Assembly: GCA_031411955.1 (NCBI GenBank) | Contig: JANOCC010000038.1 | Span: 21,370-85,369 of the forward strand | Direction of reading: 5' to 3' | Source: Ferruginibacter sp. | Lineage (GTDB): Bacteria; Bacteroidota; Bacteroidia; Chitinophagales; Chitinophagaceae | DNA length: 64,000 nucleotides | Shown here: piece after piece, positions 19,203 through 29,449 of the stretch | Numbering within the stretch: position 1 is the first letter of the stretch | Layout of the letters: each line of letters opens with the position of its first letter | Program-made: the position numbers and the translations under genes | The notes under the pieces: generated by a model | Databases searched by the model: none | What the model was told of the DNA's origin: nothing | Seen by the model: only the letters and a program-made list of their open reading frames with translations

Positions 19203-20333
19203 CTACCAGAAGTTCGTTTTCTTATAAAACCTTACACCAGGTGCAGTATTACGTTGATAATACAATATCAGAGCAGCTTCATGACGCTTGGCTGTATAAG
19301 CTCCAAATTTTGCGGAATTGAAAGGGAATTCATACGAATACCTGATATTAGCAACCCTTCCGAGGTTGATATTGAGGTAAGGCATTGCAGTTCTGAATGA
19401 ACGCGTAAATAAGCCAAAATTAACGTTGAAATTAGAGGTAGGGTTTGTGCGGATAAATTCTACTCCCGACCAGAAAGCGACAATATTTAAACTATCGTTG
19501 AAAGTTTTGCTTCTGTAGTAAAGCCCTTCCTGCCAATAAGTATTTTTTTGGATAAGGCCCCATTTATTGTTTAATCTAACTCGTAATACAGAGTAAGCAG
19601 TTACCCTATGGCGTAATTTCGTTTCATCGTCTTTATCCAAGATATCACTTTTAGGATAGAACAGATGATACATAGCACCACCTAATTCAAAGCCAACCGC
19701 TTCTGTTACCATACCATAATAGGCGCCGAAATTATAATCAACATAATTCTTTTTTGATACCAGTGTACCGTTGGAAGTTTTTTGCGGATACCTGAAGCTT
19801 CCTGTAGAAATTTCTTTATCATATTTCATTCCCCTGCGTTCATCAAGGTCTCCTTCAGCGTAAGTAACCTGGGCACCAACACCAAAATACTTATTACGTT
19901 GAGAATAAAAATGACGAGCAAGGCTTAGTGAATAAAAACTTGTTTTAAGTGGAGCATCTTTGGCACCGCTGTGGTTATAATTTAAGCCAAGGCCCCAATA
20001 ACCAGTAAGTTTTCTTTTGTTTCCTACTTCGTCTTTGGCTTCTTTAGTTACTTTATTTGGAGAGGCTGGCACTGCGGTGGTTTGTTCATCTCCAAAGCTG
20101 CGGAATTTTCCCAATTTAAAATCCAGGCCAATATTCTGGTGGTTAAGTTCGGCAAACCTTGTTGTTTGAGCGCTGTACAATCCACTGAGCCTTATTTTGC
20201 CATCAAACCTTCCTGTAAGAGCAGGGTTCAATAACATGGGCGCACTGCCAATCTGGGAAAAACGTGAATTCTGAGCAATAACAAGTTCTGTACTCAATAA
20301 AAAAATTACAACCAGTAATTTCTGAATTTTCAT
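19203..20333 (-). CDS. PorP/SprF-family type IX secretion system membrane protein
   Basis: A signal peptide is followed by AQNSRFSQIGSAPMLLNPALTG, the family-defining N-terminal motif. The ~376-aa length is typical of a beta-barrel of this family. Confidence 0.8.
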   Translation of the reverse strand: MKIQKLLVVIFLLSTELVIAQNSRFSQIGSAPMLLNPALTGRFDGKIRLSGLYSAQTTRFAELNHQNIGLDFKLGKFRSFGDEQTTAVPASPNKVTKEAKDEVGNKRKLTGYWGLGLNYNHSGAKDAPLKTSFYSLSLARHFYSQRNKYFGVGAQVTYAEGDLDERRGMKYDKEISTGSFRYPQKTSNGTLVSKKNYVDYNFGAYYGMVTEAVGFELGGAMYHLFYPKSDILDKDDETKLRHRVTAYSVLRVRLNNKWGLIQKNTYWQEGLYYRSKTFNDSLNIVAFWSGVEFIRTNPTSNFNVNFGLFTRSFRTAMPYLNINLGRVANIRYSYEFPFNSAKFGAYTAKRHEAALILYYQRNTAPGVRFYKKTNFW

Positions 20334-20355
20334 AAATATTAGTTTAGGCGAAGTA

Positions 20356-22272
20356 TTAATTTTGGTAATTGTATTGGTTGATCCTGTTTCCAGACCTGAA
20401 ATTTACTACTTTTCCATCGGCCATCACAGATTGATATTCCGGAAGTAATTCTTTTATTACCACCCTGAATAGTTCGGGATCATAGTAATTTTCCAGCGTG
20501 GTTAATTTATTAATAATATTTTCAGCTTCCGCAATATCGTGAATTGTTTCTTTACTGATCATTATCTTTTCATGATGTGTTTCCTTCATCTCTTCTGATT
20601 CAGAGAAAAGGTCCTCATACAATTTTTCCCCGGGCCTTTCTCCGATGAACTGTATCTGCATATCCACATCTGGTGTGTAGCCAGCGAGTCGAATCATATT
20701 CCTTGCAAGATCTACAATTTTAACCGGTTCACCCATATCAAAAACAAATACTTCGCCTCCTTCCGCCATTACCGAAGCTTCAAGCACCAGTTGGCAGGCT
20801 TCAGCAATCGTCATAAAATAGCGTGTCATATCCGGATGGGTAACGGTAACGGGCCCTCCATTTTGAATTTGTTTTTTAAACAGTGGCACTACCGAACCAT
20901 TAGAGCCTAAAACATTGCCAAATCTTGTTACCACAAAACTGGTACTGTTAAGCGTAGAAGAGAAAGATTGCACAATGATTTCTGCCAGCCTTTTGGTAGC
21001 ACCCATTACACTTGTTGGATTTACTGCCTTGTCTGAAGAAATAAACACAAACTTTTCTGCCTTGAATTTAACTGCCAGTTTTACGAGTTGGAAAGTTCCA
21101 AATACATTCGTTTGTACAGCCTGCCATGGAAATTGCTCCATTAATGGAACATGCTTATAGGCAGCAGCATGGTAAATTATATGAGGCTTATATCCTTTAA
21201 ATAAATCTTCCATCATCTCTTCATTCCTGATATCTGCCAGGATGAATTTGTAATCCACTGCAGGATGTTTCCTTTTCAATTCCTGTTGAAGGTCGTATAA
21301 AGCGCTTTCAGAAAAGTCGACACATATGATCAGGGAAGCATCATGTTCAGACAATTTGCGTACGATTTCACTTCCGATTGATCCTGCAGCACCGGTAACC
21401 AGCAAGGTTTTTCCCACTAAACTTTCTGCCACGTGTTCATCATATAAATGTATGGCTTCACGGTTCATCAGATCATTAATATCTATAGAAGCAAGTTTCT
21501 CCAGGTTGAAATTGGCATTGAATAAAGATTGGATAGATGATATCTCCCTTATCCTAACATTAAATGGAAGGGTGTCTTCCAGGAATTTTGCTTTACGTGC
21601 AGGCGTAAGCATTTTATTGGCAATGATAATATCGGTGATGCCATGGCGTATTATGCTTGATTTCATCTCCTTATCTGCATCTATCACCTTTACACCGCCA
21701 ATGTAACGGCCTATCTTATTTTTATCATCGTCTAAAAATTCAATTAATTTAAAGTTGTTCTCGTAATGAGTGCTAAGAGATTTTTTAAGAAAAACGCCCA
21801 ATTCGCCGGCCCCATAAATAAGCAAACGTCGTTGTTCTCCTACTTTTTTAGAACGGTCGTAATAAAAATAAAGGTAACTGATGATTAGCCTGCTTCCGAT
21901 GATATAGATAGAAGTAATGAAGAAACTGATCAGGAAAATTTCCGGTTTCAACTGCCATTTTACCGGCAATACAAATCTTGCGCAGGCACTCACCAAATGA
22001 ATTAAAAAAATGATACCTATTAGATTCAGGTAGTCTTTGCTACTAAAAAAACGGATCACTTTTTTATAGATCTTAAACACCGACCAGGCTATTACGCCCA
22101 GCGCTACGTGCAATAATACCCTGTAAAATATGGTTTGCAGGGGAAATTCCCTTACTGACAATAGCCTGTAGTTTACTAACAGGGCAGATAGCAACCCAAA
22201 GGTGATCAACAACTGATCACCCACTAAAACAAATTGAGAAGGCCGTAAAGAATTCCTTTTAAAAAATTTCAT
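20356..22272 (-). CDS. Membrane-anchored nucleotide-sugar 4,6-dehydratase (CapD/WbpM/PglF family)
   Basis: Four N-terminal TM helices and two Rossmann motifs (IYGAGELG and VTGAAGSIGSE). The 638-aa length is typical of the family. Confidence 0.85.
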   Translation of the reverse strand: MKFFKRNSLRPSQFVLVGDQLLITFGLLSALLVNYRLLSVREFPLQTIFYRVLLHVALGVIAWSVFKIYKKVIRFFSSKDYLNLIGIIFLIHLVSACARFVLPVKWQLKPEIFLISFFITSIYIIGSRLIISYLYFYYDRSKKVGEQRRLLIYGAGELGVFLKKSLSTHYENNFKLIEFLDDDKNKIGRYIGGVKVIDADKEMKSSIIRHGITDIIIANKMLTPARKAKFLEDTLPFNVRIREISSIQSLFNANFNLEKLASIDINDLMNREAIHLYDEHVAESLVGKTLLVTGAAGSIGSEIVRKLSEHDASLIICVDFSESALYDLQQELKRKHPAVDYKFILADIRNEEMMEDLFKGYKPHIIYHAAAYKHVPLMEQFPWQAVQTNVFGTFQLVKLAVKFKAEKFVFISSDKAVNPTSVMGATKRLAEIIVQSFSSTLNSTSFVVTRFGNVLGSNGSVVPLFKKQIQNGGPVTVTHPDMTRYFMTIAEACQLVLEASVMAEGGEVFVFDMGEPVKIVDLARNMIRLAGYTPDVDMQIQFIGERPGEKLYEDLFSESEEMKETHHEKIMISKETIHDIAEAENIINKLTTLENYYDPELFRVVIKELLPEYQSVMADGKVVNFRSGNRINQYNYQN

Positions 22273-23393
22273 GATAAAAATTTTTTTATTTCTAATACTA
22301 CTTTTTTAAGGTTAACATCAGAAGTATTTGATCCGCTTGGCAAACAAAGTCCTCTGGAAAAAAGATCATCACTTACCCCGTTATTATAAACTTTACAGCT
22401 TTCAAAAACAGGTTGCTGGTGAAGCGGTTTCCACAATGCCCTTGTTTCAATATTCAACTTTTCCAGTTCCACCCTCACTTTTTCATTTATTCCTTCACCC
22501 AGTTCTTTATCAAATAAAATGGTGGTTAGCCACCGGTTTGAAAAATATCCTGCCGGTTCTTCCAGAAAACTGATGCCATCTATATGACCAAGCTCCTCTT
22601 TATAAAAATTAAATATTTCTCTTCGCCTTTTAATTCTTTCCGGCAACACTTCCATCTGCCCTCTTCCTATACCGGCTAAAACGTTACTCAACCTGTAGTT
22701 AAACCCAATTTCTTTGTGTAAGTAGTAGGGCGCTGGTTCTTTGGCCTGTGCAGACAAATGCCGTGCCTTACTTACAATTATTTCATCATTACTGGTTAAA
22801 GCCCCGCCACCACTGGTGGTTATTATCTTGTTGCCGTTGAAACTTAAAATACCAACAGACCCTAAACTACCGCAGCTTTTCCCATTATAGGTACTACCCA
22901 ACGCTTCGGCTGCATCTTCAATTAAAGGTATATTATATCTTTTTGCAATTTCCGTTATCACATCCATCTTTGCGGGCATTCCGTATAAATGAACTACCAT
23001 GATAGCTGCGGGCTTTTTACCTTTTGCAGACTGGTCTTTAATTGCCTCTTCCAGTAAAACCGGGTCCATGTTCCAGGTATCCGCTTCGCTATCAACAAAT
23101 ACCGGTTCCGCATCGCAATAGGTAATTGGAAATGCCGATGCTGCAAAAGTAAAACTCTGACACAGTACAACATCTCCGCTTTTAATACCCAGTATCTTCA
23201 AAGCAAGGTGCAAAGCCCCGGTACCTGAACTCAAAGAAACTGCTCCATTTACACCAACAAAATTTGCTAATTGCTTTTCAAAAGCATCCACGTTAGGGCC
23301 CAATGGCGCTATCCAATTTGTTGTAAAAGCTTCTGCCACATATACTTTTTCCATTTCGCCCATATGCGGCGAAGAAAGCCAAACTCTTTCCAC
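22269..23393 (-). CDS. DegT/DnrJ/EryC1/StrS-family PLP-dependent sugar aminotransferase (PglE/WecE-like)
   Basis: 374 aa with the FNGNKIITT lysine region. It makes a 4-nt ATGA overlap with the downstream dehydratase gene. Confidence 0.85.
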   Translation of the reverse strand: MERVWLSSPHMGEMEKVYVAEAFTTNWIAPLGPNVDAFEKQLANFVGVNGAVSLSSGTGALHLALKILGIKSGDVVLCQSFTFAASAFPITYCDAEPVFVDSEADTWNMDPVLLEEAIKDQSAKGKKPAAIMVVHLYGMPAKMDVITEIAKRYNIPLIEDAAEALGSTYNGKSCGSLGSVGILSFNGNKIITTSGGGALTSNDEIIVSKARHLSAQAKEPAPYYLHKEIGFNYRLSNVLAGIGRGQMEVLPERIKRRREIFNFYKEELGHIDGISFLEEPAGYFSNRWLTTILFDKELGEGINEKVRVELEKLNIETRALWKPLHQQPVFESCKVYNNGVSDDLFSRGLCLPSGSNTSDVNLKKVVLEIKKFLS

Positions 23394-23526
23394 TAGAGAA
23401 TATTAAGTTTTTTTTGAGGATTATTTTTCAGAGAAGTAATAGATTAGAATTAATATGTTAAAGGTAATACAAAATACCCATTTTTAGGGAGATTTTTTAA
23501 ACATGATGTGCAAAATATAAATTTTT

Positions 23527-24174
23527 TTAATGTGTATGGAATTTTACAGGTTTTGCAGGAATTCCAACAGCAGTGCATTTGGCCGGAAGCGATTTAGCCA
23601 CTACGGCTCCGGCACCCACAATGGTTTCCTCTCCTATTTCCAGCTGGTTGATAATTTTTGCACCGGTTCCTACATACACTGCTTCGGCAATATTAACTTC
23701 CCCGGAAATATTAACGGCTGGCATAAAGGAGGCATAATCGCCAATGATGCTGTCATGCCCAACTGTGCAGGCAAGATTTAGTATCACATGTTTGCCAATG
23801 TTAATATCCACCGTTAAGATATTGCCTGCGCAAATAATACAGCCTTCTCCTATGTGAACATTGCTTTTCCCCATGCATACATTTGGATGTATGAGTGTAG
23901 GATAAGAGATAGCAGGGTTTGTAATTTTTTGGGCGATTTTTCTTTTAACAAGCGGATTTCCAATGGCGAATACAAGCGCAATAGGATCTGTAAGCCGGTT
24001 TAATTCGGTGGTTCCTCCTAAAAAAAGTGATGGGTCAATATTTTTAACATGAGAAAAGTCATCGTCGTAGTAGCCCAAAAATTGAAACAGGGGACTTTTT
24101 TCGTTGATTTCGTCTATAAGCCATTTAACTTCACGTCCAAAGCCACCCGCACCAAAAATTGCAATCTTAACCAT
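23527..24174 (-). CDS. NeuD/PglD-family hexapeptide-repeat amino-sugar N-acetyltransferase
   Basis: The N-terminal Rossmann-like segment IAIFGAGGFGREV is followed by left-handed beta-helix hexapeptide repeats. The protein is 215 aa. Confidence 0.8.
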   Translation of the reverse strand: MVKIAIFGAGGFGREVKWLIDEINEKSPLFQFLGYYDDDFSHVKNIDPSLFLGGTTELNRLTDPIALVFAIGNPLVKRKIAQKITNPAISYPTLIHPNVCMGKSNVHIGEGCIICAGNILTVDINIGKHVILNLACTVGHDSIIGDYASFMPAVNISGEVNIAEAVYVGTGAKIINQLEIGEETIVGAGAVVAKSLPAKCTAVGIPAKPVKFHTH

Positions 24175-24309
24175 AGATATCTTTTTTGAAAGTATGTTAG
24201 TTCAAAAATAAAATTATTGCTCCAACTAATTAGTACAACTTCTGGTATAATTCTAAAAAAGAACAGCCCGATTTCGTCAATTCATTACAATTACCAAACA
24301 GTATCAATC

Positions 24310-24936
24310 TTATTTTTTTGTTCCTGTAAATGCTTCCATAGTTGCCTCACCTTCCTGGGATACGCCAGATGCTTTTACAACATTTCGAATGGTTAGGAAA
24401 AATATTCTAAGGTCCAGCGCAAATGACTGGTTTGCCACGTACCAAACATCCAGGTTAAACTTTTGTTCCCAGGAGATGGCATTTCTTCCGTTTACCTGTG
24501 CCCAACCAGTTATGCCGGGCCTTACCAGGTGGCGCCTTTGCTGGGTTTCATTATATAATGGCAAATAACTAACAAGTAAAGGGCGTGGGCCAATAATACT
24601 CATATCTCCCAAAATAACATTAAATAGTTGCGGCAATTCATCTAATGATGTTTTTCTTAAGCCAGCACCAAACCTGGTGAGGCGTTTATTATCAGGCAAG
24701 AGATTTCCTGCTGCGTCTTTAGCTTCCGTCATACTGCGGAATTTGATGAGATGGAATATCCTGTTGTTGAGGCCTACTCTTTTTTGAACAAAGAAAAAAC
24801 GCTTATGGCCTGTAAGCAATAGTAATATGATGAGGATGGCCATCACCGGCAAAAAAATAATCAATGCAATCAAAGCAACCAACAGGTCGAGCGGCCTTTT
24901 TATAAAATGATTGTAAAAAAAATTCATGCGTATCAA
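24310..24936 (-). CDS. Small monotopic undecaprenyl-phosphate sugar phosphotransferase (PglC/WbaP C-terminal type), the initiating enzyme
   Basis: 208 aa with a re-entrant helix followed by KFRSM...DELPQL.NV..G.MS.IGPRP. Confidence 0.85.
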   Translation of the reverse strand: MIRMNFFYNHFIKRPLDLLVALIALIIFLPVMAILIILLLLTGHKRFFFVQKRVGLNNRIFHLIKFRSMTEAKDAAGNLLPDNKRLTRFGAGLRKTSLDELPQLFNVILGDMSIIGPRPLLVSYLPLYNETQQRRHLVRPGITGWAQVNGRNAISWEQKFNLDVWYVANQSFALDLRIFFLTIRNVVKASGVSQEGEATMEAFTGTKK

Positions 24937-25046
24937 AATATTAAATGTGCTTTACAGTGATTGCCCAGAAGGATGGAATAAATAAACGAAACCCAAAGTA
25001 AAATTATATTCGCGTTTTGTACTTACGGTGTGCAGCATAAATTAAA

Positions 25047-26204
25047 TTACATTTTTTGGGTTAACCAAAACCGGTATTCCTGTAATATCAGTTCCCAAAG
25101 GCCGCGTTGGTCGTAAACGTTTTTAATCTTTTGACGGATAGCCGCTGCGTATTGTTCTGTTGCCGTTATATTCAGCCTGGATGATATCATAGCCTGTTGC
25201 AATTCTTTTGTACTTTTTGCCGTTACCAACAAGCCATTTTCATTGTGTTGTACTATTTCATTGCAACCGTTTATGTTAGATAATATGAGCATGCAACCCA
25301 TTGATCCGGCCTGCATGGGCACGTTGGGAAAGCCTTCGCGATAGCTGGGAAACACAAGTACTTTTGCTGCAGCAAGGTAGGGCCTTATATCCTGCTGAAA
25401 TCCCCAACAATTAATTGCAGGATGCTCATGCAGCATTTTTACATGTTGTTCATCTAACGGATCCAGCTCAGGTTCTTCAGCGCCCACCAACCATAAACGG
25501 TCGTTCGGATATTGCTGATGCAGCTGCTGAAAAGCATCCAGCAATTCTGCGATACCTTTGTCTTTTACCAAACGGCCAACAAAAATCCACACCCAGGCAT
25601 TGCTGTCAATATTTTTTAATTCCCTTAGCTTTCGTGCTTCATTGGCAATTTCGTTTGTAACTGAAAAGAAATTGCTGTTGATGCCATTGCTAGACCCTTG
25701 ACCTAACACCTTCATTTTACCGGTGGCAATATGCTGACCCTGTAAAAAATCTTTTAATACAGTTGAATTGGGATAAATGCGGCTGGCAGGCATAGCCGTT
25801 AGTTTCTCCATCAACTTTAGCAGCTGCCTCATGGCGCCGGTTGTTTCCATCCACGGTATTCCTGCAATGGTATGCAAACGAACGGGCACGCCGGCTAATT
25901 TAGCTGCCCACATTCCAATTAAACCTGCCTTGGGCGTATGTGTATGAACTATATCGGGTTTAATTTTGCGGAACAGCCTGGTCATTTTTATAAGGCACAG
26001 CAGGTCTTTCAACGGTGTTATCTTTCGGGTTAACGGTACTACAACATGAGGGCATTGCTCCTGGGCAACCAACGCAGCTACTTCAATGCCATCGCTGCTC
26101 ATCATAGTAACATCGAAACCTTGCTCCTGCATGTATTTCATCTGCCCTTTTAATAATACCTGCATGGAAACAGGTATGGTAGTTACCCTTATCAGTTTTG
26201 GCAT
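25047..26204 (-). CDS. Glycosyltransferase family 4
   Basis: GT-B architecture with the C-terminal motif FPSYREGFPNVPMQAGSMG. Confidence 0.8.
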   Translation of the reverse strand: MPKLIRVTTIPVSMQVLLKGQMKYMQEQGFDVTMMSSDGIEVAALVAQEQCPHVVVPLTRKITPLKDLLCLIKMTRLFRKIKPDIVHTHTPKAGLIGMWAAKLAGVPVRLHTIAGIPWMETTGAMRQLLKLMEKLTAMPASRIYPNSTVLKDFLQGQHIATGKMKVLGQGSSNGINSNFFSVTNEIANEARKLRELKNIDSNAWVWIFVGRLVKDKGIAELLDAFQQLHQQYPNDRLWLVGAEEPELDPLDEQHVKMLHEHPAINCWGFQQDIRPYLAAAKVLVFPSYREGFPNVPMQAGSMGCMLILSNINGCNEIVQHNENGLLVTAKSTKELQQAMISSRLNITATEQYAAAIRQKIKNVYDQRGLWELILQEYRFWLTQKM

Positions 26205-26235
26205 CTATAATTTTATCTGAATAAAATAAATTCTT

Positions 26236-27234
26236 TTACACATTTCCTTTCACTAATGTGGTGATCTCTTCCATTGTTAAACTTTGAAATCCATACTTTT
26301 TATTGAGTGTATGAAAATGCTGTACGATCTGTGAAAGTTCGTTTAGGCATTCCTGTGGGTTATTTCCAAAATTATGCGGATGCCACCAAAGATGGTAATA
26401 AGCATTCTTTTTTGCCGCCGTTGTCATCTCATTCAATATACGCCTCATTTTTAATTTATTCTGCACCGGCTGACCTGGTTTCCAGGGGCGATAGAGCCTG
26501 GTAGCTGGTAAACTAATAGGTAAGCCTTCTTCTACTTTGATATCTTTCAGGTAAACCATTTTTATCGGCTGAAACTTCAGGTACGCATCACCGGCACGAA
26601 AGAATTTTTTCATAAAAGTGGAACCGGTGGCGGGAGCCCAATACCATATATCCGGACTGGACCGTATTGACGTGATACCTGCGTTATAGCAAACAGAAAG
26701 ATATTCCCGGTTAAACTGGTTTCGCGGAAACACCAGTGACCGGATGCCTGACCCATGTTCTTTTGCCACCGCACAAGCCATCTCAATATCAGCTTTAAAT
26801 TGTGCTTGTGTTTGTCCTTTTTCCAAACAAAAATAGTGAGCATAGGTATGTGTAGCTATTTCCTGGTGAGGAGTACTTTCAATTAATTTTATCAGGCCTG
26901 GTGCAAAATGAAATGGATCTTCTTCACTAAAAAAACCATGTTTTTTGATCCATTCATAAGCCGATACTTCGGGGTTATCGAAAGTAGGCAATACAGCAGG
27001 TTGTTTATTATACCACTCGGTTTTATTATTTCTGTATAACATGCCCACTATAGCCCAGGTTACGTGAATATCCGCCCGGGAAAATATATTGAGCATTTTA
27101 GGGATAGCATCAATGGTATTTTTAAAATACGTTTGCTGCGCTTCGCCAATAAGCATATGCTCAAAACATCCCCAGTGCAATTCAAAATCGAGTGAAATGG
27201 TGAAGATTCCTTTCTTGTTGGATGCTGATGCCAA
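26236..27234 (-). CDS. Polysaccharide deacetylase-family protein
   Basis: FTISLDFELHWG near the N-terminus and the metal-site-like THTYAHYF. The protein is 332 aa. Confidence 0.6.
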   Translation of the reverse strand: MASASNKKGIFTISLDFELHWGCFEHMLIGEAQQTYFKNTIDAIPKMLNIFSRADIHVTWAIVGMLYRNNKTEWYNKQPAVLPTFDNPEVSAYEWIKKHGFFSEEDPFHFAPGLIKLIESTPHQEIATHTYAHYFCLEKGQTQAQFKADIEMACAVAKEHGSGIRSLVFPRNQFNREYLSVCYNAGITSIRSSPDIWYWAPATGSTFMKKFFRAGDAYLKFQPIKMVYLKDIKVEEGLPISLPATRLYRPWKPGQPVQNKLKMRRILNEMTTAAKKNAYYHLWWHPHNFGNNPQECLNELSQIVQHFHTLNKKYGFQSLTMEEITTLVKGNV

Positions 27235-27278
27235 GTTGATTTTTTTGTTAGATGTGCGTTGTCTGCTACCGGATGTTT

Positions 27279-28424
27279 TTAAGCTTTTACAAAACGTTTG
27301 GTTACATAATACTTGTAAGAACTCGCTTTACAAAAGATGATAAAGAAGAAGGGCATTAGCTGTGCTTTTTGTCTCATAGCTATCCCCAGGTTACCGGTAA
27401 CCTGTGCCAGTGCAAATGAAGCAAACAGGAAAAAGAAAAGGCAGATACGAAACCAGCCGTTCCAATCGCCCCAGGTGCTGATCCCTTTTTTTACTACAAC
27501 GTAAAACATGTACAGGTATATCATGTTTTCAAAAGACACAAAAATACCAAGCGCTCCCTGCCCGTCGAAAAATAGCGGGCGAAACCAGAACGTGAACATC
27601 TTCATGAACAATCCATAATTCTGTATATCTACTCCTGTGGTTGACTTACTTAGTTCTGCAGCTCGATGATTGAGTGAAGACGATGCGGTAAAATCCAGCG
27701 TTTCTGTGTCAGCAAATTTTAATACATCATCACTGATATATAGAAATATAATGCCTGCTGCCAGAAAGATGATCCATCGCAGGTAAGTTTTAATGCCTGA
27801 AGAAGTTAAAATAACGCCCAGCATTATACTTACAATTACCGTAAAAAGAATGTGAGGCCTTATCATGAAGGTGAGTAAGCCGCCAAAAATCATTGGAATA
27901 AATCTTCTATTGAATCGGCTTAGCCCATAAGTAAACAATCCGAGCCCCAATAATATAACGGCACCTTTTCCTAATGATGCCGACCAAAAATGCAGATTGG
28001 GCAATAAAAAAACAAGTTCAATTGCTGTAAAACTCAACCATGAGGGTTCCAGCTTAATATTTTCCCTTGCCGTTATATAAAAAAGCAGGATCGCTATATA
28101 ACCAAAAAAGGCAAATATGATCATGCAGGAATAATAGGATAAACTAAGTACATTGGCAAATGGCCAGGCAAGAAACTGGATAAACGGGGTACCAATACCC
28201 CAAACATCAAACCAGTGTACGGCTGCCCTTGATTTTGCGAAATAGGCAATAGAATCACTGGTTGTTTGAGCTGCGTAAACCGCATACCCAACGGTAAGCA
28301 ATACATGCATACCAAACAACAGCCATAGATAGCTTTCGGAATGTACGTTGAATTTATTACTGATACCTTTTATTATGTAGGCAGTAATCAATAAAACGAG
28401 CAGTATGATGATAAAAATATCCAT
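27279..28424 (-). CDS. Polytopic membrane protein, probable Wzy/EpsG-type polysaccharide polymerase
   Basis: 381 aa with ~10 predicted TM segments and one larger loop, located inside a glycan locus. I recognise no diagnostic motif. Confidence 0.5.
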   Translation of the reverse strand: MDIFIIILLVLLITAYIIKGISNKFNVHSESYLWLLFGMHVLLTVGYAVYAAQTTSDSIAYFAKSRAAVHWFDVWGIGTPFIQFLAWPFANVLSLSYYSCMIIFAFFGYIAILLFYITARENIKLEPSWLSFTAIELVFLLPNLHFWSASLGKGAVILLGLGLFTYGLSRFNRRFIPMIFGGLLTFMIRPHILFTVIVSIMLGVILTSSGIKTYLRWIIFLAAGIIFLYISDDVLKFADTETLDFTASSSLNHRAAELSKSTTGVDIQNYGLFMKMFTFWFRPLFFDGQGALGIFVSFENMIYLYMFYVVVKKGISTWGDWNGWFRICLFFFLFASFALAQVTGNLGIAMRQKAQLMPFFFIIFCKASSYKYYVTKRFVKA

Positions 28425-28427
28425 GTG

Positions 28428-29390
28428 CTAAAATAACTCCATTGAACCCAATGAAGGTTGCCAGTTGTTAAACTGCTCAAAGTTATTAAGATTCTCCATA
28501 GCCAGCGGTCTTATTGTAATTACCGGGCCTTTTTTTAACGGACCAAAAAAAGTTCCTATTTTCTTATTACCTGATAAAAACAAGGGAGTATCTGCCGAAG
28601 AGATCATTAACGGCCTCAGCTTTGCCAATAGTTTTTTAAAGGCAGTTTTAGCAAGTTTTTCCGCGTCTGGGCTTCCTTCCGTCCAGGCTTCACATATCCG
28701 AAGCTCCATGAACCGCTTCATTTTTTTAATCCTGAAAATAAATCCAAATTTTCCCGGAACTGCTGCGGCGCCATACCTTGCAACAGGGCAATCGCAATAC
28801 CTCCATTTTAAAAATTGTGTAGTTAAAGGTGTATATAAAACCGCAGCCGTATTTTCTATTGACCAATCTGGCGGAAAGGTTTCTAAAATACGTGTAACCG
28901 CGTATTCATCGTATATACTGTTTACAATTGAATCTGAATAAAACACGGGCAATAAACTCCCTACTCCAAGGTATAATGGCAACCTGCCTGCAACAGACCA
29001 GCCCATTTTTAAATATCCCTGCATACTAATAGGATTAGGCGAATTGAAGACTAGTTGTATACCATCCGTTTTGCACTCTTCTACTGCCTGCAGGGTAAGT
29101 TTTTTAAATATACCTTTTCCCTGGAAAGCTGGGTCGGTAGCAGTATCTACGGCCCTAACAGCAAGAATTTGCTGAGAGGATGATACCCAACGCCAATGCA
29201 TAAACGCTCTAAGACCAACAATCTTTCCATTTTCTATCCAAAGCAACACCTTTGATCTTCCGAAAGGATTTTGTTCGTGTTTCCAGGAAAAATAAGCTTC
29301 TGTTTTAGGAGTAAGCGTTTCCCCGATGCTAAGTTTCAATAATGCAACTATCTCCGGTAGATCTTGTATGGTGGATTGCCTGATGATCAT
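28428..29390 (-). CDS. GNAT-family acyl/acetyltransferase with a C-terminal extension
   Basis: The acetyl-CoA loop-like segment DPAFQGKGIFKKL, in a 320-aa protein. Confidence 0.6.
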   Translation of the reverse strand: MIIRQSTIQDLPEIVALLKLSIGETLTPKTEAYFSWKHEQNPFGRSKVLLWIENGKIVGLRAFMHWRWVSSSQQILAVRAVDTATDPAFQGKGIFKKLTLQAVEECKTDGIQLVFNSPNPISMQGYLKMGWSVAGRLPLYLGVGSLLPVFYSDSIVNSIYDEYAVTRILETFPPDWSIENTAAVLYTPLTTQFLKWRYCDCPVARYGAAAVPGKFGFIFRIKKMKRFMELRICEAWTEGSPDAEKLAKTAFKKLLAKLRPLMISSADTPLFLSGNKKIGTFFGPLKKGPVITIRPLAMENLNNFEQFNNWQPSLGSMELF

Positions 29391-29449
29391 ATTAATTGAA
29401 AGTTGACAGGTATTATTTTTTTCGCCAAACGTTTTATCTTTTTGTCTTT

